From assembly GCA_965116885.1 (NCBI GenBank), contig OZ220741.1, positions 4,832,001 to 4,896,000 of the forward strand: 64,000 bases of DNA, given 5' to 3'. This document shows positions 1 through 10,723 of this stretch, piece by piece. Positions within the stretch are counted from its first letter, which is position 1. Each line of letters starts with the position of its first letter. The position numbers and the translations under genes are program-made. The notes below the pieces were generated by a model. It was not told the DNA's origin. It did no database searches and saw only the letters and a list, made by a program, of their open reading frames with translations. Source of the stretch: Candidatus Latescibacterota bacterium (GTDB taxonomy: Bacteria > Latescibacterota > UBA2968).

Positions 1-413
1 ACAATCCCGATTACGGTCCCTCGCGCTGCACTGGCGTCCAATTTATAAACAGCACAGACAGTATTATGAGCGGATCAACGCTTCAAGAATTCAAAGGCAT
101 TCAGGATGAAGAAGACGATCGTCAGGGTCTATTGGAAATCATCCGTTGCGCCCGACTCACTGTAAACGGCTGCCAGACCCTGGACGGCTATCCCAGCGCA
201 ATATACGTATCCAACTCCGACGACACCAGCATCACCGGATGTACACTACTCGAAAGGCGGAAACAAAAAGAAACCGTTTCAACCATCCGCTGGAACGGCA
301 CAGGCAGTGGCAATTTATTGAGCAACAACCGGATTGGAAACGGCACAGCAGGTGCATTATCCATAGACAAAGCCGCTGACGTTCAAACCAGCCATAATCG
401 GATGGATAACTAA
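1..413 (+). CDS. 3' part of a right-handed parallel beta-helix repeat protein (gene starts before the window)
   Basis: Frame is open from base 3 to TAA at 411-413; repeating I-x-G-C/N-x-I/L strand pattern (SITGCTL, NLLSNNRIG). Confidence 0.6.
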   Translation, partial: NPDYGPSRCTGVQFINSTDSIMSGSTLQEFKGIQDEEDDRQGLLEIIRCARLTVNGCQTLDGYPSAIYVSNSDDTSITGCTLLERRKQKETVSTIRWNGTGSGNLLSNNRIGNGTAGALSIDKAADVQTSHNRMDN

Positions 414-423
414 GGAGATAAAC

Positions 424-1539
424 TTGTCTTTAAAACCCGACCACTCAAAAGTACCTGGCGTCGTGATAGATCACATACCCGCCAGTACAAAACAATACGT
501 GGGTAGCCCGAGCATCGTCATCATGCCCAACGGCGACTACACAACATCCCATGATTTTTTTGGACCGGGAACGAACTATGATCGCATGGCCGTATTTCGT
601 TCGCGTGACAAAGGCGAAACCTGGACGCAGATATCCGAACTGATCGGCCAATGGTGGTCCAATCTGTTTTTGCACAAAGGCGACCTCTATCTGCTCGGCA
701 CAAGCCGCGAATGTGGCTATGCCGTAATTCGGCGATCTACGGACGGGGGTAAAACATGGACAGTGCCTAAAGACAAACACACCGGACAAATCTCTGCGGA
801 GGATCGCTATCACTGTGCCCCAATGCCAGTCGTCGCTCACAATGGCTATCTCTGGCGCGCATTTGAATTGACACATGGTCCGAGAGAAGAGTGGAAAGCG
901 CAGGTTCTTTCCGTACCCGAAGATGCAGATCTGCTTCAAGCTGAGAACTGGCGATTTAGCGAAGCGTATCAACACCTCTGGTCAAGTTCACAGTGGATTG
1001 AAGGCAATATTGTGATCACGCCAGATAATAAACTGGTAAACATCTTGCGTTCAAATTTACGAAATGTCTCGCCCGAAGAGATACAGGCGGGAAGCGATAA
1101 AGCGGCTATTTTGCACATCTCAGAAGATGGCAAAACATTGACACACGATCGGGACAGAGACCTGATCGATTTTCCGGGTGGCGGTGTAAAATTCACAATT
1201 CGATTTGACGATCAAACACGGCGCTATTGGTCACTGGGAGGCAAACAAACCGATCCGCTGGCAAAACGAAACACACTGGTCTTGACATCGTCTGCAAATT
1301 TGCAAACCTGGCGAATCGAATCCGTGATCCTGCACCATCCCGACCCAAAGAAACACGCATTTCAATACGTTGACTGGCAATTTGAAGGAACAGATCTCAT
1401 AGTGGCATCGCGCACAGCCTATGACGATGGCCTGGGAGGCGCGCACAATGACCATGACGCGAACTATTTGACATTTCACCGAATTAAAAATTTCAAAGAT
1501 CGAACGATAGACGACCCGCCCTTAAATGAGAAAGAGTAG
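424..1539 (+). CDS. BNR/Asp-box sialidase-like glycoside hydrolase
   Basis: Asp-boxes SRDKGETW and STDGGKTW; AAGGAG RBS before a TTG start. Confidence 0.7.
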   Translation: MSLKPDHSKVPGVVIDHIPASTKQYVGSPSIVIMPNGDYTTSHDFFGPGTNYDRMAVFRSRDKGETWTQISELIGQWWSNLFLHKGDLYLLGTSRECGYAVIRRSTDGGKTWTVPKDKHTGQISAEDRYHCAPMPVVAHNGYLWRAFELTHGPREEWKAQVLSVPEDADLLQAENWRFSEAYQHLWSSSQWIEGNIVITPDNKLVNILRSNLRNVSPEEIQAGSDKAAILHISEDGKTLTHDRDRDLIDFPGGGVKFTIRFDDQTRRYWSLGGKQTDPLAKRNTLVLTSSANLQTWRIESVILHHPDPKKHAFQYVDWQFEGTDLIVASRTAYDDGLGGAHNDHDANYLTFHRIKNFKDRTIDDPPLNEKE

Positions 1540-1556
1540 CTCTCGGAGAGGATATA

Positions 1557-3200
1557 ATGCAAGCAATTCAGAACCTGCAGCCAGACAGGGTATTTTACAA
1601 TGGCAACCTGATCACCATGGCCGACCGCGGCGGGACTGCGGTTGCCGTATTGAATGGGTCTATATGCGCTGTGGGATCTGATCGTGAAATTATGGACCTT
1701 GCAGGACCCGACACCGAGCACACCGACCTGGCGGGAAAAACCATGCTACCCGGGTTTTACGACACGCATGGACACTTCCCAAGCGCAGGACTCGTGGCTG
1801 TTTCCTCTGTAAATTGCAATTCTCCGCCAATGGGACCCGTGGAAAAAATCGATGATATTGTCCAGCTATTGGCAGAACGGGCCAAAGGAATACCAGAGGG
1901 CCAGTGGGTATTGGGTAGGGGTTACGACGATACCCTGCTGGAGGAGAAACGGCATCCCACACGAACAGACCTGGATCGAGCTTCACAGAACCACCCGATT
2001 TGCATCGTCCACACCTCGGGCCATTTTGCTGCAGCAAATACACGCGCATTGGAACGCGCCGGAGTCCATTCCGATACGCCCAATCCAACGGGTGGCGTAA
2101 TTCGCAAGGATCTCATCACGGGAGAGCCGGACGGTGTTCTGGAAGAGACCGCAATGCGCCCGGTGAGAAACCTGATTCCGCCATTGAACGAAGCCCAGTG
2201 GTTTGAGGGATTAGAGATCGCCGTAGATGAATATATCCGCGAAGGTGTAACCTCAATAGTAATCGCCGGCTGTAACCGCCGCGACATTGCGCGACTGCAA
2301 ACCGCTATCGACAGCGGCAAGCTGCCGTTGCGCGTGGTTTGCATGACCGGGAAAAGCAAGCCGGGGCAACCGTCGATTCTGGAGACAAGTGGATTGAAAA
2401 CGGGTTTTGGAACAGACCGCTTGCGATTGGGAGCGGTAAAAATGTTTCAGGATGGATCCATCCAGGGCTATACGGGTTATCTGAGCAAACCCTATCACGA
2501 ACCATTTATGGGCGATACCCAGTATCGCGGCTATCCAATGCGTAGTCGAGAAGCATTGGTAGAGATGGTGGATGAAGCCCATCGGGCGGGCAAGCAGATT
2601 GCGATACACGGCAATGGAGACGCGGCGATTGACGATATTTTATCTGCCTATGAACAGGCGCAACAAAAAACACCCCGCACAGATACGCGGCATCGCATTG
2701 AGCACTGCCAAACCGTAAGAGAAGACCAACTCGATAAAATGCAGACACTGGGCGTGACACCCTCTTTCTTCGTTCAGCACACCTATTACTGGGGAGACCG
2801 CCACGAGGCGATTTTCTTAGGACCAGAGCGGGCGCATCGCATCAGCCCATTGAAATCGGCGTCTGATCGAGGAATTCGCTATACCATCCACAACGACTCG
2901 CCAGTAACCCCGACCAAATCGCTCTTTTCCGTCTGGTCCGCAGTGAACCGTCTCTCGCGCAGTGGGCAGTGTATGGGCGAAGCACAGCGAATCGGTCTGG
3001 AACAGGCATTTCGGGCAATCACAATTGACGCAGCCTGGCAAAACTTTGAAGAAGATGTAAAAGGATCAATCGAGGTGGGCAAACTGGCGGACTTTGTGGT
3101 TTTAGAATCAGATCCATTTGCAGGAGATATATTGGCTATAAAGGATATTGCCGTACAGGAAACAATTGTGGGAGGCAAAACATTTTATCGCAAAGCGTGA
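1557..3200 (+). CDS. Amidohydrolase (Amidohydro_3 / YtcJ-like)
   Basis: PGFYDTHGH, KMFQDGSIQG, AIHGNGD, RHRIEHCQ and GSIEVGKLADFVVL motifs. Confidence 0.9.
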   Translation: MQAIQNLQPDRVFYNGNLITMADRGGTAVAVLNGSICAVGSDREIMDLAGPDTEHTDLAGKTMLPGFYDTHGHFPSAGLVAVSSVNCNSPPMGPVEKIDDIVQLLAERAKGIPEGQWVLGRGYDDTLLEEKRHPTRTDLDRASQNHPICIVHTSGHFAAANTRALERAGVHSDTPNPTGGVIRKDLITGEPDGVLEETAMRPVRNLIPPLNEAQWFEGLEIAVDEYIREGVTSIVIAGCNRRDIARLQTAIDSGKLPLRVVCMTGKSKPGQPSILETSGLKTGFGTDRLRLGAVKMFQDGSIQGYTGYLSKPYHEPFMGDTQYRGYPMRSREALVEMVDEAHRAGKQIAIHGNGDAAIDDILSAYEQAQQKTPRTDTRHRIEHCQTVREDQLDKMQTLGVTPSFFVQHTYYWGDRHEAIFLGPERAHRISPLKSASDRGIRYTIHNDSPVTPTKSLFSVWSAVNRLSRSGQCMGEAQRIGLEQAFRAITIDAAWQNFEEDVKGSIEVGKLADFVVLESDPFAGDILAIKDIAVQETIVGGKTFYRKA

Positions 3201-3231
3201 TAACAACCGCAGAATATAATCATTTAGAAAG

Positions 3232-3272
3232 AAAAGAACGGCAACGTTTCAGCAGTTTGCCGTTCTTTTTTT
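3232..3272 (+). terminator. Rho-independent terminator
   Basis: AAAAGAACGGCAA...TTGCCGTTCTTTTTTT hairpin with T-run after the amidohydrolase stop. Confidence 0.85.
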
Positions 3273-3307
3273 AGTGATCACAATATACCGGACAGAATTC
3301 ATTTTAC

Positions 3308-3336
3308 TTGCATTCTCAAATCAAGTGCATTAATAT
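3308..3336 (+). promoter_or_regulatory. Candidate sigma70 promoter for the outer-membrane operon
   Basis: TTGCAT-N17-TAATAT in an AT-rich intergenic region. Confidence 0.45.
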
Positions 3337-3485
3337 ACCAAAGTAATATATTTTATGTCTAAAATAAGTTTTAAATATTATAAAAAACTAAAATTAATAT
3401 CGGTAAGGAGGTCAAATGATCTGATGCTATTGCGTCTTCGGAAATCTATTTGACACAACAATATCCATAAGCAAAGGAGGCTCTG

Positions 3486-4184
3486 TTGAAAAAGATATTC
3501 TCGATTTTATGCATTGTCGTGCTGTTGCCTGCGCATTCGACAACAGCACGAGAAGGTGCTTTTGGCGCTGGCGGCTTTTTCGACCTCTACATTCCCGTCT
3601 TCAACTTTAAAGATATGTACGATAGTGGTACAAAATTTGGAGGCACAGCGCATTATATTTATCACAAGCGCAAGATGGTCGAAGTAGAATTTCACCATGC
3701 CCGCTTTAACAATGGTAGCCTTGAAACACGCACCTTCAGTTTCAGCGACGGTAAAGAGTACACCAGCCCACAAGCCGAAGCCAACATGACCATTAACAGC
3801 ATCAATGCCAACTGGCTATTTGCACTGCGGGAACAGGGGTTTGGCCAGGGCACAACGCTCTATCTCACATTTGGCGCGGGCCTTCACGATTATTCCAGCA
3901 AAGTCAGCGGTCTGATCTTTGCCGGTCAAACACCTTCAGGTGCTGGCGCGCCCCCCGACCCAACCATCCTCCTGGAACCCATCAACGACACGCGCACAGC
4001 CTTTAGTGCCAGCTTTGGCGGCGGGGTTCAAATCGGTATGGGGGACAAAGCCGCGTTAGATTTGCGTGCACGCTATAATATTGTGATGGGAGAGTTGCGC
4101 CCCTTCCTTGTTTGGGGCATTGAAAAAACATATCCCTTCAACCTCATTGATATCGGTGCAGGTATCAAATTCAACTTAAATTAA
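3486..4184 (+). CDS. Outer-membrane beta-barrel protein (OmpA-like barrel)
   Basis: Signal peptide, amphipathic strands, C-terminal IGAGIKFNLN; AAGGAGG RBS. Confidence 0.7.
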   Translation: MKKIFSILCIVVLLPAHSTTAREGAFGAGGFFDLYIPVFNFKDMYDSGTKFGGTAHYIYHKRKMVEVEFHHARFNNGSLETRTFSFSDGKEYTSPQAEANMTINSINANWLFALREQGFGQGTTLYLTFGAGLHDYSSKVSGLIFAGQTPSGAGAPPDPTILLEPINDTRTAFSASFGGGVQIGMGDKAALDLRARYNIVMGELRPFLVWGIEKTYPFNLIDIGAGIKFNLN

Positions 4185-4196
4185 GGAGAGCCGCGA

Positions 4197-7100
4197 ATGA
4201 AACGAATCGTTATGCTTTTCATACTTCTGTGTTTTGCCTCTCACCTCCAGGCAGGCACCACGGGTAAAATTGCTGGTATCATCAAAGACGACCGGGGCAA
4301 TCCGCTTCCCGGCGCCAATGTAATCGTAGAAGGCACGCGACTCGGCGCCGTGGCAGATGCCGATGGTAGCTATTTTATCATCAATATCCTGCCGGGAAGA
4401 TACACACTCACGGCCTCGCTTATCGGATATACCAATCAGACCCAGAGCGATGTATCGGTCAAAACGGATTTCACCACGCCTCTCAACTTTGAACTCAAAG
4501 AAACCACCGTCGAATTGGCCGAACTCACAGTCGTGGCCGAACGCCCACCCGTGGAAAAAGACAAAACCACGAGCAAATACATCATGGGTGGTGATACGAT
4601 TGATCGCCTATCTACAGCGGCAAACACCTCAGAACTCATGAGCCTTCAGGCCGGCGTCTCTCTCGACAACAACGAACCCGCCATTCGCGGCAGCTATCAG
4701 GGCAACCGGGGCAACTCGGAAACACTCGTCTATGTGGATGGCGTCGTCATGGATGCGGGCACTGCCCGGGGCGATGTTCAATTTGTCGGGGTCAACAGCC
4801 ACGCCGTGCAAGAAATCACCGTCATCACTGGCGGGATGGAAGCCGAATACGGCAATGCCACATCTGGCACCATTCACATCATCACCCGAGAAGGCGGCAA
4901 AAATTTTCACGGCAAAGGCGGCTTCACCTATATTCCACCGGGCAAAAAACACTGGGGTGGCAATGTCTATGACAGCCCCATCCACAAAGGCAGAATGAAA
5001 TGGGGCGATGCGACATGGGAAAATGAAACATACACAGATCCCGGTCCAGATCGTCAGATGGGAACGGGCGACGACATCACCCGCCTGGCACACGAGCGCA
5101 CGGACTACACCGGCATTCACGGTTATGAAGTCGATGGGTCTCTCTCGGGTCCATTGTTGGGAAATGCTTCCTTTTTTGTTACGGCACAGCACGAGGGACA
5201 AGCCTCGCATTTTCCCTCTCCCACCAAACGCGGCATCTTCCACCAGGCCGTCTCGACATCTCCACAAACCGCCCGCTGGATCGAATCGCCCTACAACATC
5301 AAAGGCACCTACAAACTGGCCTGGGATGTGCAGTCCAACATAAAAGTTAAAGTCGGCGGGGTCTATGCGCGCCACGAAGCCTATCAGGTCGGCGAGGGGG
5401 AAAGCTGGGTACAGGGCGTCAAGCGCACCGTTGGTCGGGAACTCCAGGGCATCGACATCTTTCTTCCCGCAAACGAAGCCGGTGCAGGCATCGCCAACGT
5501 CAAACACGACCTGGCGTACATATCCCTCACACATACCCTGAGCAACAAAACCTTTTACGAAGCCCGGCTATCTTATTACCGCGACGCCACAGACACCACC
5601 AATGTGCCGGGTGTCACCAGCCAATTTGGCGGCGGCATTACAGAACCACTCAGAAAAGATCAGGACGGGGTATTCACCATTGGCCCCAGACGGGTCTCCA
5701 TCTGGATCAACGACCACCGCGCCCGCCTCAACTTCAAACTCGATTATTCCAGCCAGATCAACAAGAACCACTTTATCAAAACGGGCATTGATCTGACGCG
5801 ACACACCTACTGGTGGAACCAGATCAACTGGCCGCAGGCGGGCAAATCGCGCTATCAACTCGCGGGCGTGCCCTACGAAATGGGCGAACCCATTCACCCC
5901 ATCCAATCCGCCTTTTACCTCCAGGACAAAATGGAATTTGAAGGCATCATCGTCAACCTGGGCATCCGCTACGACAGACACGACCACAACGGCGATTTTT
6001 ACTCCCCACTTGCCAACAATGCCTGGGGCGGAGCACCCATGACCAACTCGTGGTCCCGGCAACGCAAATTTATGCCGCGCACGACTGTATCCACCAAATC
6101 GGCCTGGAGTCCTCGTCTGGGCGTTTCACATCCCATTACAGCCAATGCCATCATTCGATTTTCCTACGGCATCTTTCACCAGATGCCCGGGTTCTGGCAC
6201 CTCTATTCCTACGAATGGCGAGGCGTTGCACCCCCGGAAGACTTCAACAACAATGGCCAAATCGACGATACCGAATGGCTCAATAAAAACAACCAGCGAG
6301 CCACCACGGGCAATCCCCACCTGGATTACAAACGCTCCACCAATTTCGAGGTGGGCACAGACTGGAACTTCTATCAAGACTTTGTCCTGAGCTTCACCAC
6401 TTATCAGCAAAGCGTTGACGGTCAGGTTCGATTCGGCAATGCCCTGTGGCGAGATCCCAGCCGCAAAAGTCAGGTGGGGCGCAACACACCGCTGGGTTAT
6501 GTTTTTACAGACAATCGCGGATTTGAAATGAGCCTGCGAAAGGACTTCAGCCAGAACTTCTCCTTCCAGGTCGCGTACAACCACCAGTGGCAGTCGGGAG
6601 GCAACGCGGGAATCAACCGGATTATTTACTTTCCCAACTCGCAATTTGTCGCATCAGATCTCTATTTCATCCAGCACACCAAAGACACCAACGGCGATGG
6701 CTCAGTAAATGCCAGCGACGACGGCTCAGAAGCAAAAGTGCCGCTCACACCGCAGCAAATTCAGGACATCGGCGCCGAAGCAGACCGCTATATCCAGACC
6801 ATCCGAGAGGGTACCAACCCCGACTGGAATCCGCTGACCGACAGCGAAATTCAGGAAGTGGAAAATCTTCCAGGTGTCTTCTTTTTCACCCGCAACACCA
6901 CCTCTGATCGAAGTGCGGGACGCGGTGGTGCCGCAGAAACCGCTGGTTTTGGTGACCGGCGCGGCACTATGAAAATTGCATTTACGTATGAAACGCCAAT
7001 GCATTACGGTCCAGCCCTCGGCGGTTTCCGGCTCAATGTGATCAACACCCTGAAAACGGGACGTCGAATCAACATTCCGCATCCCACACAGGGCAATGTC

Positions 7101-7418
7101 GAGCGATTTGGTCCTATGGAAACCAAGACCCACCTGTCTTTGGAAAAACGCTTCCGCACAGGTCGAACCGAAGCCACCCTGTTTATGAACGTGTACAACT
7201 TCTTCAATCAGCGCGACCCGGCCACCGAATATTTCTGGCGCGGTCCCTGGTTTGATCGACACAGACAGGGACCACAGGCCGAACTCTGGTATCTCTACGG
7301 CATGGACATGCCCAAACCCACGGACAAAAATTATATCAACTTCGGCGATACCAAAGAATACCACCGCTGGGCTGGTCGCCCCCGAGAGATCAGCGTAGGT
7401 CTCCAGCTCGGATTTTAA
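4197..7418 (+). CDS. TonB-dependent receptor with N-terminal carboxypeptidase-regulatory-like domain
   Basis: GTTGKIAG...PLPGANV N-terminus, plug motif ITGGMEAEYGNATSG, WSPRLGVSHPI, C-terminal PREISVGLQLGF. Confidence 0.9.
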   Translation: MKRIVMLFILLCFASHLQAGTTGKIAGIIKDDRGNPLPGANVIVEGTRLGAVADADGSYFIINILPGRYTLTASLIGYTNQTQSDVSVKTDFTTPLNFELKETTVELAELTVVAERPPVEKDKTTSKYIMGGDTIDRLSTAANTSELMSLQAGVSLDNNEPAIRGSYQGNRGNSETLVYVDGVVMDAGTARGDVQFVGVNSHAVQEITVITGGMEAEYGNATSGTIHIITREGGKNFHGKGGFTYIPPGKKHWGGNVYDSPIHKGRMKWGDATWENETYTDPGPDRQMGTGDDITRLAHERTDYTGIHGYEVDGSLSGPLLGNASFFVTAQHEGQASHFPSPTKRGIFHQAVSTSPQTARWIESPYNIKGTYKLAWDVQSNIKVKVGGVYARHEAYQVGEGESWVQGVKRTVGRELQGIDIFLPANEAGAGIANVKHDLAYISLTHTLSNKTFYEARLSYYRDATDTTNVPGVTSQFGGGITEPLRKDQDGVFTIGPRRVSIWINDHRARLNFKLDYSSQINKNHFIKTGIDLTRHTYWWNQINWPQAGKSRYQLAGVPYEMGEPIHPIQSAFYLQDKMEFEGIIVNLGIRYDRHDHNGDFYSPLANNAWGGAPMTNSWSRQRKFMPRTTVSTKSAWSPRLGVSHPITANAIIRFSYGIFHQMPGFWHLYSYEWRGVAPPEDFNNNGQIDDTEWLNKNNQRATTGNPHLDYKRSTNFEVGTDWNFYQDFVLSFTTYQQSVDGQVRFGNALWRDPSRKSQVGRNTPLGYVFTDNRGFEMSLRKDFSQNFSFQVAYNHQWQSGGNAGINRIIYFPNSQFVASDLYFIQHTKDTNGDGSVNASDDGSEAKVPLTPQQIQDIGAEADRYIQTIREGTNPDWNPLTDSEIQEVENLPGVFFFTRNTTSDRSAGRGGAAETAGFGDRRGTMKIAFTYETPMHYGPALGGFRLNVINTLKTGRRINIPHPTQGNVERFGPMETKTHLSLEKRFRTGRTEATLFMNVYNFFNQRDPATEYFWRGPWFDRHRQGPQAELWYLYGMDMPKPTDKNYINFGDTKEYHRWAGRPREISVGLQLGF

Positions 7419-7441
7419 TTTCGTTATCAAGGAGCAATAAC

Positions 7442-9751
7442 ATGTATCCATTAAAACACGTCGGATGGATGGGTGTTCTATGTGTGCTGGTATTTGCATC
7501 CGAAATCTGTGCCCAGCAACCCGAACTTCAACGCCACCTGACCCGAGGCAAGCTCTGGGCCACCTTTCGCAATACCGGCACCCAGGGCCTGCGCGACGAC
7601 AGTCGCCTGGGCGCAGATGCCGGCTTGATGTATCCCGGCTGGGGCATTGGCGAACGCGACTTCAGGGAATACTGGATCATTGGACAGGACGCCGACCACC
7701 GATATCACACCAGCCAGGGTGAGGGTTTTTGGGTTTTTACCAGAGAAGGAGGGTCATACAATGTATCGACCTCCAACCCGCGCTACAATACCGACGACAT
7801 CTTTGAAATGATCTACGATGCCGCTTCGGGACCAGAGCGCGATTTGGGCATTGAAACCCGGTCGTTCCTCACGGGCAATACCACGGCTAATTACTGGCCC
7901 GGAGCACCTGCACTGGTGGCCGACGAACCCATCGAAATCCACAATTACGATTACGGACGCTATATTCCCAATGACAATGAGGCCGAAGAAATCATCATCT
8001 CCAAATGGACGACAGAACGCGGCCTCACCATTACCCGCAAAGCCAGAGCGTGGAGCTATCCGGACTACGACGACTTTATTATTCTGGAAGTCATCATCGA
8101 AAACACCGGAGATAACAACGGAGACGGCGTACCCGATGCAGAGCTGCCTGTTGATCACCAGGACGTTTACTTTGCCTTTGTGAACAACCTGGCTCCATCG
8201 TGGGCCGGGCACCGCTGGCAAAACCAAACCGTACCGTGGGCGTATTCAGATCCGATCATCCTGGACGACTGGTACAAATACAGCGAAGCGTCCAATTTCG
8301 ATGGCCTGCCCGCACTTCGGGGGAAAAAAATCTCTTATGTCTATGACAGCGATCTGCTCTCTTCTGCCGGAGACGACACGGGGCAGCCTTTCGATAGGAA
8401 CAACGCCCAGTCAGCCTATATCAACCGGGGCCAACTCAGCCACGGCGAACTACTGGCTTTCCAGTACATTGGCCTGGCACCCCTCGATTACGACCCTACC
8501 GACGGGTTCACCAACGACACCGAGACCTACGTGGCTCCCAAAACAATGGATCAGCCCGCCTTCGCCAACTGGTGGGAGATCTTCGGACGCTTCGATTGGA
8601 ACACGCCAGATATTACCAACTTGAATAGCGACGAAAATCTCTACAATGAATTTATTGGTTTGGGTAGAGTTCCAGCCGATCAACCCAACCCCGATCATAT
8701 CAGCCGCGTAACCTTCGCACACACTTATGGGCCTTACGATCTGGCCCCCGGTGAAAAAGCCAAAGTCGTGGTCGCCTGGGTCGCCGGATCGGGTGCCGAA
8801 TTTGCCGGTCCCGGCGGCAGTCCCATGGATGTTTACGAATGGGCGCGCCAGGGCAATCAAAGCCAGGTCGCCGACGGCGAACGGGCGATGGCACAGCATC
8901 TGGAACGCGCGCAATTTGCCTACGACAACAATTACGACCTGCCCGACGCGCCTCCCGATGTCGCCGTATTTGTAGATAGCGACGAAAACGGGAACAACGC
9001 CATCACATGGTCTGACCGGGCTGAAAAGTCCCCCGATCCGGATTATACGGGCGATGAAGCCCTGGATGTGCAGGGCTATCGGGTCTATCGCACCCAGAAC
9101 AACCACCTGGGCCCCTGGGAACTCGTGGCTGATATCCCCAAAGGAACTACCCCATCCAACGCGGAATACGCACCCAACACGCCCTGGACATCGCCCACGA
9201 TCTCCTACGCCGATGGGGGAACCTACACCTATCGAGACGTGGAATCCGTACCTGGTTTCAGGTACTGGTATTCGGTGCGCACCTACGATTCCGGACACAG
9301 CGACTGGAACGGCACAGGCCGAGCCATCCCTTCTCTGGAATCCGGACACAGCGCACCCGAACAGCGCATGAATGTTTCGAGAAGTCCCATTGTGATTGCA
9401 ACCGCTGAAAAAGACGCACTGGCCGAACAGGTACGCGTAGTCCCCAATCCTTTTCGAGACGATCCGGGAGACGCCGACCACAGGTATCCACCGGCCAGCA
9501 ACAATATTCGCTTTGTCAATATTCCCCGAAAGGCCAAAATCTCCATCTTTTCCATCTCCGGAGATCTAATCGCCGTCATCAACCACCCGCAACGCGCCAC
9601 CGATCCCGACAGGGGCGAAGCCACCTGGGATCAGCGCACGCGCACATTTTCCGGGCGCGTCGCCGCCGGACGCTACTACTACGTGGTAGAATCTCTGGTT
9701 GCTGGCGAAACGGGCAAAAAGCAAACCGGGATGTTTATGATCATCAAATAG
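7442..9751 (+). CDS. Secreted protein with FN3-like domain and T9SS-type C-terminal sorting domain
   Basis: Signal peptide; VQGYRVYR...YWYSVRTYD FN3-like segment; VRVVPNPF...ISIFSISGDLI...GRYYYVV C-terminal domain. Confidence 0.7.
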   Translation: MYPLKHVGWMGVLCVLVFASEICAQQPELQRHLTRGKLWATFRNTGTQGLRDDSRLGADAGLMYPGWGIGERDFREYWIIGQDADHRYHTSQGEGFWVFTREGGSYNVSTSNPRYNTDDIFEMIYDAASGPERDLGIETRSFLTGNTTANYWPGAPALVADEPIEIHNYDYGRYIPNDNEAEEIIISKWTTERGLTITRKARAWSYPDYDDFIILEVIIENTGDNNGDGVPDAELPVDHQDVYFAFVNNLAPSWAGHRWQNQTVPWAYSDPIILDDWYKYSEASNFDGLPALRGKKISYVYDSDLLSSAGDDTGQPFDRNNAQSAYINRGQLSHGELLAFQYIGLAPLDYDPTDGFTNDTETYVAPKTMDQPAFANWWEIFGRFDWNTPDITNLNSDENLYNEFIGLGRVPADQPNPDHISRVTFAHTYGPYDLAPGEKAKVVVAWVAGSGAEFAGPGGSPMDVYEWARQGNQSQVADGERAMAQHLERAQFAYDNNYDLPDAPPDVAVFVDSDENGNNAITWSDRAEKSPDPDYTGDEALDVQGYRVYRTQNNHLGPWELVADIPKGTTPSNAEYAPNTPWTSPTISYADGGTYTYRDVESVPGFRYWYSVRTYDSGHSDWNGTGRAIPSLESGHSAPEQRMNVSRSPIVIATAEKDALAEQVRVVPNPFRDDPGDADHRYPPASNNIRFVNIPRKAKISIFSISGDLIAVINHPQRATDPDRGEATWDQRTRTFSGRVAAGRYYYVVESLVAGETGKKQTGMFMIIK

Positions 9752-9767
9752 TGCAAAGGAGATACAC

Positions 9768-10709
9768 GTGAAACGCTTACAAACAACGCTCATCCTGGTC
9801 TTCACTGCCTTTGTCCTATCGGCAACAGGCGCAGAAGCCGGGTTAAAAAAACTCGGTAATGCCGGGTTCACCTTCCTCAAAGTCTCTCAAAGCGCGCGCG
9901 CAGTTGCTATGGGCGATGCTTACACCGCAGTGGGCACGGGTGTCGATGCCATGTTCTGGAATCCAGCGGGCATCACGCAAATCAATCGCGCCGCTTTTAG
10001 CCTGGGATACAACAACTGGATGGTCAACTCCCAATTTTATTCGGGTGCATTTGCCTACAATTTGGGAACACAGGCCATAGGCATCACGGTCTTGTCTTTC
10101 ACACCCGATGAATTTGAAGAAACCACCATTTTTCAGCCCAATGGCACGGGCAATATCATTAAAGACAGCGACTTTGCTGTTGGCCTGACCTATGCCATCA
10201 AATTCACCGACAGATTGTCATTTGGCGCCCAGGGCAGATATATTCGAGAGACGCTCTATACCGATGTCAACAGCGGCCTGGATATCTCGATAGGCACGCT
10301 CTTTTACACCGGATTCCGCTCTTTGCGACTGGCCATGACACTAAAGAATTTCGGACAGGATATCGTCATTATCGATGACACAGCCTTCCGCCCCCTCATC
10401 TACAGCATCGCGGCTTCAATGGAACTCTACGGCAATCTGGGCGATCCAGTTTCACTTACCGTAGCTGCGGAGAATGCCTTTTTTGTGGATTTCGAAGGCC
10501 GCATTCACACAGGCGCCGAACTCTGGTTGCACAATATTCTCGCACTACGCGGCGGCTGGAAATTCAACAACGACACCGAGAGTTTTGCCCTGGGATTTGG
10601 CCTCAAATACGCCCTCAATGAGCGTCCCTTTACCCTGGACTTTGCGTATAGCGATATGGGAGAGCTATTGGACCCCACCTATCGGATAACCATTGGCGGT
10701 TCCTTCTAA
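9768..10709 (+). CDS. PorV/PorQ-like (UPF0164-type) outer-membrane barrel
   Basis: FLKVSQSARAVAMGDAY...AMFWNPAG signature; ends in Phe. Confidence 0.8.
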   Translation: MKRLQTTLILVFTAFVLSATGAEAGLKKLGNAGFTFLKVSQSARAVAMGDAYTAVGTGVDAMFWNPAGITQINRAAFSLGYNNWMVNSQFYSGAFAYNLGTQAIGITVLSFTPDEFEETTIFQPNGTGNIIKDSDFAVGLTYAIKFTDRLSFGAQGRYIRETLYTDVNSGLDISIGTLFYTGFRSLRLAMTLKNFGQDIVIIDDTAFRPLIYSIAASMELYGNLGDPVSLTVAAENAFFVDFEGRIHTGAELWLHNILALRGGWKFNNDTESFALGFGLKYALNERPFTLDFAYSDMGELLDPTYRITIGGSF

Positions 10710-10723
10710 GAAGCGGTCGCGAT

